Below, one piece after another: positions 27,131-32,000 of a stretch of DNA of 32,000 nt. Under the pieces are notes generated by a model. The model was given only the letters and a program-made list of their open reading frames with translations, did not search any database and was not told the origin of the DNA. A program made the translations under genes and the position numbers. Position 1 is the first letter of the stretch. Each line of letters opens with the position of its first letter. Source of the DNA: Candidatus Thorarchaeota archaeon (lineage in GTDB: Archaea > Asgardarchaeota > Heimdallarchaeia > Hodarchaeales > Hodarchaeaceae); contig JBHLRO010000001.1 in the NCBI GenBank assembly GCA_048882505.1, positions 30,001-62,000 on the forward strand. Reading direction: 5' to 3'.

Positions 27131-30100
27131 ATGGATAAACCGGAGTCGAAAGCCTTTTTCGGCATTATTGAGCAGTTCAAATTGGCTCTGGGTTTAGCTA
27201 GAAAAAACATAACCCGAGCAAAATACAGAAGCTTTCTCTTGATTTTTGGTGTGCTTCTAACTGTCGCCCTCGAAACAGGTATAGCGATCAGTGTGGATAC
27301 GCTTTACGACGACTTTACGTTTAATAATCGAAACCAAAATTATACAGATATTACGGTCAACCCTTCATCTTGGATGGAGTTAGCAGAACTAAAAGCACTA
27401 GCTAATGACGTCCGCCAAATCCCTGGAGTTGCTACGGCTAGTCCAGCGATTTTTTTTGGCGTTTCTCGAATTCTGGAGCAGGATTTCTCAGCAAACGTTT
27501 TGGTCTATGGAATAGATCCAGTAACACACCCAGACATTCCATATCTCGATCTGATAGAAGGATCACGGATTCCTTCCGAGAATGATATTATCATTTCAGA
27601 ACAGATTAAAACCACATTAAATTTGGAGATTGGTGAAACGGTTGATTTATCATCCGCCATTTCTGGTCTCAATGTCGTAGATGTAGAAATAAGTGGGATA
27701 ATTTCTGATGAGTCTAGTATTGGGAATAAACTTGGCTCACTTTTTATTATTGCAGACATTAACACGGTTCAAGCAGCTATTTCGGTCGATCAAAGGCAAT
27801 CTTTGCTAACCATTGCAATAGACGCTTCTGTTACTGATTTGCTGAATATCAAGCGAGTAACTGAAAGTATTATAGATAAGATTGGTATTGAATTCAATGT
27901 ATATCCCGAAAAAGACCTATCAGGCATCAAAGCGGACGGAATCCGTGCTTATCAAACTGCCATGAATCTAGTCATCATAGCTTCATTCGTTGTTGAATTC
28001 CTCTTCATAACGAATGTCTTGGCGATTTCAGTTCAGGACAGGCAAAAGGAGATAGGAATCCTTAGGACGATAGGTTCGTCTTCGGATCAGCTTATCTTTG
28101 TAATTGGCATTGAAATATTAATTTATGGTTTGATTGGGAGTTCTTTGGGTGTATTTGCTGGTCTGGGTTTTGCAAATGTCTTGGTTGGAGTAATAGACCA
28201 GTACTACGCAAGTATTGAATTTCAAGCGGTTTCATTTCACCTATCTTCAATTTTTGCTACTTTCATGTCAGGAATCATCGTGGCATTGATTGCAGGTTTG
28301 TATCCAATCCTCATTGCCAAAACAATGCCAATTGTTCAGAATATTCATACCCGTATGCGGAAACCTAATTCAGCCTTAAAGTGGTCAGACTCGACGTGGA
28401 AATACACAGTCGGCGCGGGAATTTTATTAACGGCCACTGCTGTTTTCTTACAGTATTTTATTGGGCCCTCGCGGTTTTTGGATTTCTCTATAATTTCTTT
28501 ACATTTTTTAACGATTCTTATGGTTTTTATTGGGACAGTTCTTATTGAAGTAAGTGTTTTGGTGTTTCTACCTAGAATAGCTATGAAGGCTCTTGTTTGG
28601 TTTGGTTTTGTAACACGAAGAATTTCCACTCGAAACATCGCAAGAGAATTTCAAAAATCCCTTTTCACAATAATGACTTCAGCCTTGGCATTGACATTTA
28701 TTATTGTCGTTGGTTCTATATCAGCATCTATAATTGCAGAAGTTCCAGATTATCTTCGTAGCCAATGGGGGTCAGTTGACATAGTCGCCGAGGCGCGAGA
28801 TAGCGATCTTCTTCCGATAAACAGGACAGATTTATTGGATGGGCGATCTGCGATAGAGAGATCTGCGTTTGTTCAACAAATTCGAACCCAAATCAATTCA
28901 TACCCAGGATATGTTTTCGGAGTCGATCCTTCTCAATATCAACAGTTCGCGGAACCTGTAATCCAATCTTACGTAGGTGCACCCTCATATCAGCTGCTGA
29001 ATTCAACCTCAGCGAATACAACCAATGCTTTAATTTCAAGCAATTTATACCAGCGACTTGGGATTTCTTTAGGAGAGAATGTTTCGATAAAAATTTCTGG
29101 AAATGCAACAGTCAACCTCACCCTTACTGCGGTAATAAAGGCGAATATGTTCCTCGGGGGCGGGGAATACGTCTATATTAACTCCAGTCAATTTCAAAAT
29201 TATTTCAATACTACCTTTGCGAAGTGGTTTCTTTGTAAGAAGCAATTAGGGAGTTCAGTGTCCTCTGCATTGTCTGCAGCCAGATCAGTGCTTCCTGAGG
29301 CCAAAGAGATAAGCGAACTTGATTTCCTGACCGAAATCGTTGAACGGTCTCTCACATTTCAAACAGGGATTTTTGAGGTCTTATTTATTGAATCCTTCAT
29401 TTTGGCTGCCGTAGCCCAATTTGTTTGTATCCTTGTTTCTACTCTCCACATGGAACGAGAAATGGGTATCATGAGGAGCTTTGGACTCTCCAAAAGAGGT
29501 GTTTTTTCAATTTTTATGGCTGAATCGACGGCCTTGGGCTTTACGGCCTTAATCATTGGATTAATGGATGGACTCATAGGAACGGTCCTCTTGATTTGGT
29601 ATGTTTCATTTCATATTCCCATAGACCTTTACTTTCCGCCTGAAAGGATCTTATTTTGGATCCTTGCTTCATTTCTTATCACCCTCGCAAGTACCTTCGT
29701 TCCATCTTTTCGATCCAGTCAGAAGAATGTAGTGGCCACCATTTCTGGAAGACCTATGAGAAAAGATTTCGTAGGGAACACCCAACTCCTATCATATTCA
29801 GAGTATGGTCAAGTTCCAGGAGGATATTTCGGCGGCGTAGGAGCTCAACCCTCTCCATTATTTCTACACTCATTTACATATATTAGGCAGTTTTTAAAGA
29901 GGAACAAGACTAAAACCTGGCAGGTTTTCCTGGTTCTGCTCCTATTTTCAACTCTCAATTACCTTTTTGATCCACTTTTATTGTTAAGAGGATTAATCCC
30001 GTTTGATCTCTACGTGCCTAGTTTCGTACTGCTTCCTGTCGAACTCCTACAGGACGTTTCCTATAATTATACCGAAATTAGCGCTATAAACCCAGTGCTA

Positions 30101-30751
30101 TTATCCGTAGGATTGACGGCAATTATACCAATCAGTTCTTATTTTCTTAACGAAGGAAAAGAGACAAACTACTTACGGTCCGCCCTAGTAAGTGTAATTT
30201 GGGGATTTTTAGCGGTCCTCGTTGTTATTTTAACATGGCTGTTTTTTCTAATCATTCTTGGGATATTGTTCCTCACAGTTTTATCGAGTTTATCTACGAC
30301 CTCCCTACCAGATCCAGAATTTCTGACAGTCTGGGCAGCTGTTTATATTATATTCCTTGCTGGGGTCCTCAGTTTTATGTATCAACGAATGTGGGCAATG
30401 TTGGTCTATAAAGGACTGAATCCTGAGTCATCCTTGAGATCTAGTTTCATATGGGTGAAACACGGAGGAGGGAAAGGCCAGCTCGGCTTTGTAATCCTGT
30501 TGTTTGCTCACCAAATAATACAGTTCGGGCTAATTTTCTTCTTTAGGACAATTCCCACGTTTTCTCCTGATCTGGAGCCTTTCGATATTGCACGTATTTC
30601 CCTTCCTTTACCCATGGTCTCGTTTCTTATCCTTGTAGTTTTTGAGATCGGCTCTTTTATTATCTTGACACTGTACCAGTTTGCGCAAATACCTCACAAG
30701 CGGGATTGGCAGCATCAAGATGATGTCACACCCGAACTCTCCACCAAATAG
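27131..30751 (+). CDS. Type VII ABC (FtsX-like) permease with an additional C-terminal membrane domain; no adjacent ATPase
   Basis: Two FtsX halves (DRQKEIGILRTIG; MEREMGIMRSFG) ending near aa 878, followed by ~330 aa with further TM segments. Confidence 0.9.
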   Translation: MDKPESKAFFGIIEQFKLALGLARKNITRAKYRSFLLIFGVLLTVALETGIAISVDTLYDDFTFNNRNQNYTDITVNPSSWMELAELKALANDVRQIPGVATASPAIFFGVSRILEQDFSANVLVYGIDPVTHPDIPYLDLIEGSRIPSENDIIISEQIKTTLNLEIGETVDLSSAISGLNVVDVEISGIISDESSIGNKLGSLFIIADINTVQAAISVDQRQSLLTIAIDASVTDLLNIKRVTESIIDKIGIEFNVYPEKDLSGIKADGIRAYQTAMNLVIIASFVVEFLFITNVLAISVQDRQKEIGILRTIGSSSDQLIFVIGIEILIYGLIGSSLGVFAGLGFANVLVGVIDQYYASIEFQAVSFHLSSIFATFMSGIIVALIAGLYPILIAKTMPIVQNIHTRMRKPNSALKWSDSTWKYTVGAGILLTATAVFLQYFIGPSRFLDFSIISLHFLTILMVFIGTVLIEVSVLVFLPRIAMKALVWFGFVTRRISTRNIAREFQKSLFTIMTSALALTFIIVVGSISASIIAEVPDYLRSQWGSVDIVAEARDSDLLPINRTDLLDGRSAIERSAFVQQIRTQINSYPGYVFGVDPSQYQQFAEPVIQSYVGAPSYQLLNSTSANTTNALISSNLYQRLGISLGENVSIKISGNATVNLTLTAVIKANMFLGGGEYVYINSSQFQNYFNTTFAKWFLCKKQLGSSVSSALSAARSVLPEAKEISELDFLTEIVERSLTFQTGIFEVLFIESFILAAVAQFVCILVSTLHMEREMGIMRSFGLSKRGVFSIFMAESTALGFTALIIGLMDGLIGTVLLIWYVSFHIPIDLYFPPERILFWILASFLITLASTFVPSFRSSQKNVVATISGRPMRKDFVGNTQLLSYSEYGQVPGGYFGGVGAQPSPLFLHSFTYIRQFLKRNKTKTWQVFLVLLLFSTLNYLFDPLLLLRGLIPFDLYVPSFVLLPVELLQDVSYNYTEISAINPVLLSVGLTAIIPISSYFLNEGKETNYLRSALVSVIWGFLAVLVVILTWLFFLIILGILFLTVLSSLSTTSLPDPEFLTVWAAVYIIFLAGVLSFMYQRMWAMLVYKGLNPESSLRSSFIWVKHGGGKGQLGFVILLFAHQIIQFGLIFFFRTIPTFSPDLEPFDIARISLPLPMVSFLILVVFEIGSFIILTLYQFAQIPHKRDWQHQDDVTPELSTK

Positions 30752-30757
30752 TATTAC

Positions 30758-30765
30758 TTTTTTTT
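30758..30765 (+). terminator. Oligo-T (T8) terminator candidate
   Basis: T8 run 6 nt after the permease stop, in a short gap between convergent genes. Confidence 0.45.
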
Positions 30766-30773
30766 CTGGTGGA

Positions 30774-31820
30774 TTAGGAAAATGAAGTTAAGTCAACATA
30801 GTCCGTGATAAGTTTTTCAAGGAGCAGGATCTTTTCGACTTCCTCGGGAGTGAACAAAACCTCCATCTGGTTTATCTTCTTTGCAGCTGCAAAAGTATCA
30901 TCAGGAACTAATAACAAAGGAATTTTATTCGCATTTGCTTTAGATTCTATGACAGGATCTTCCGGTAAAATTCCATTTGTTAAGACAATTCCAGCGGTAC
31001 TACTATCTAGGGCTGCAATGATCATATCAGGTCTATCACCAGGGGTTATGATTAACTTATTTTCCAATCTCCAAAGAGCTTTCTTTACAACTTGGATTGC
31101 GGACATCGCCCCGACAAAGACATGGTTGACAATATTCTGCATTCCGCCCTCCCCAGCAATGATCTTAGCTTCCAGTGTTCGGTTTAGATAATCAACTGTG
31201 AAGTGAGTTAATTCCTCGCGATAGGGAACAACACCCAAAACTTTTACTCCTAGATCCATAATAGAATTCATATAGTTCTCGTGAAAGCCTTCAACATCCT
31301 TAATCTGGTTAATGATGACTCCCATGAGGGGAACATCTTCCGTGTTCACACACTTCTGAAGAAATGTTATATCATCAAGTATACCGTCCTCGTCTCCACT
31401 CAAAACTAGTAAAAGCTGCGAATTGGTACTCCTAACGACAGAGAGCGGATCGAGGTATACAGATCTTCCAAAAGATAGGTTTCGACTTCCCTCTAGAAAT
31501 ATTAAATCTTTATCCGCGGAAACTTTTGAACACATATCAGCTAATTTGTCTTTAGTCCTCTCAGCATCATACATGTAGCGCAATTTCGAATGTCCGAAAC
31601 CCATTGAAAGGTCTTCAGGATTATCGTCAAGGCCAAAGATATCCCTTATCAAAGCTGAATCGTAGTCCCATATTTTCTTTTCCTGGTAGAGTAAGCGATC
31701 CCCGAGGGGTTTCATATATCCAATCCTAACATGTTTTTTTGATAATGCTTTGGCAAGGCCAATGATTAAACTTGTTTTTCCTGCTTCCTCACGAGTGGAT
31801 GCAACCGTTATCTTCTTCAC
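30774..31820 (-). CDS. Phosphotransacetylase N-terminal-like protein (BioD-like P-loop + DRTGG domain)
   Basis: N-terminal STREEAGKTS P-loop, GYMKPLG, DLIFLEG, FVGAM, LIITPGDR; GTG start preceded by GGTGA. Confidence 0.9.
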   Translation of the reverse strand: MKKITVASTREEAGKTSLIIGLAKALSKKHVRIGYMKPLGDRLLYQEKKIWDYDSALIRDIFGLDDNPEDLSMGFGHSKLRYMYDAERTKDKLADMCSKVSADKDLIFLEGSRNLSFGRSVYLDPLSVVRSTNSQLLLVLSGDEDGILDDITFLQKCVNTEDVPLMGVIINQIKDVEGFHENYMNSIMDLGVKVLGVVPYREELTHFTVDYLNRTLEAKIIAGEGGMQNIVNHVFVGAMSAIQVVKKALWRLENKLIITPGDRPDMIIAALDSSTAGIVLTNGILPEDPVIESKANANKIPLLLVPDDTFAAAKKINQMEVLFTPEEVEKILLLEKLITDYVDLTSFS

Positions 31821-31825
31821 TTAAT

Positions 31826-32000
31826 TCACCTTTTTTCAGAGGGTTTTAGCAATATTCGAGTGTCGATGGCTAGTACACCTCTTTTTTGTTCGAAAGCTAA
31901 TACTGGATTGATTTCAATATCACTTATATCCGGACAGGATAGAATAACCTTTGCTAATCTCATAATAATATCAATACATCCTTCTATGTCCCTTCTTTCC
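31826..32000 (-). CDS. 3' end of an ADP-forming acetate/acyl-CoA ligase (ATP-grasp domain), truncated by the window edge
   Basis: Manual translation (not in the ORF track): ERRDIEGCIDIIMRLAKVILSCPDISDIEINPVLAFEQKRGVLAIDTRILLKPSEKR*, matching the EINP...AxDxR terminus; lies upstream of a DRTGG gene. Confidence 0.8.
   Translation of the reverse strand, partial: ERRDIEGCIDIIMRLAKVILSCPDISDIEINPVLAFEQKRGVLAIDTRILLKPSEKR

Noticed and set aside
26832-27210. Short minus-strand ORFs (64 and 60 aa) between the decarboxylase and permease
   Set aside because: They overlap neighbouring genes, have no motifs, and the region contains a TATA-like element (TTTATAAC at 26970).
905-31191. Numerous short antisense or alternate-frame ORFs in the track (e.g. 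1636-1980, 6955-7512, 7627-8145, 22917-23294, 30805-31191)
   Set aside because: They lie inside well-supported longer genes and look like shadow ORFs with no domain signal.
1-32000. CRISPR arrays, tRNA/rRNA genes, IS elements, integrases
   Set aside because: No regularly spaced repeats, cloverleaf-like sequence, terminal inverted repeats or transposase/integrase motifs were found by eye; small ncRNAs cannot be excluded without Infernal or tRNAscan.

Overview
A gene-dense window of roughly 40% GC, most likely archaeal. TATA/BRE-like promoters, GGTGA/GGAGG ribosome-binding sites, oligo-T terminators and heavily N-glycosylatable surface proteins with a C-terminal anchor fit an Asgard (Heimdallarchaeia-like) genome; this is an inference, not a database result. 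Membrane and envelope functions dominate. (1) A surface protein-RDD-ATPase-permease-ATPase type VII (MacB/LolCDE-like) ABC operon in which one ATPase has a non-canonical D-loop. (2) A TlpA-like thioredoxin plus CcdA. (3) A cellulose-synthase-like GT2 with several eroded catalytic motifs next to a GT-C-like membrane protein. (4) A second type VII ABC pair and a third, orphan FtsX-type permease carrying an extra ~330-aa membrane domain. (5) A PadR regulator divergent from a TM287/288-type heterodimeric exporter, sharing a 24-bp palindromic promoter. (6) A 7-blade repeat plus FN3 surface protein. Also present: an M48 protease, an RHH-7TM pair with a candidate operator, an orphan PD-(D/E)XK nuclease-like protein, a group II PLP decarboxylase, a DRTGG/Pta-N protein and the 3' end of an ADP-forming acyl-CoA ligase. 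No rRNA, tRNA, CRISPR array or mobile element was recognised. All motif calls were made by eye.
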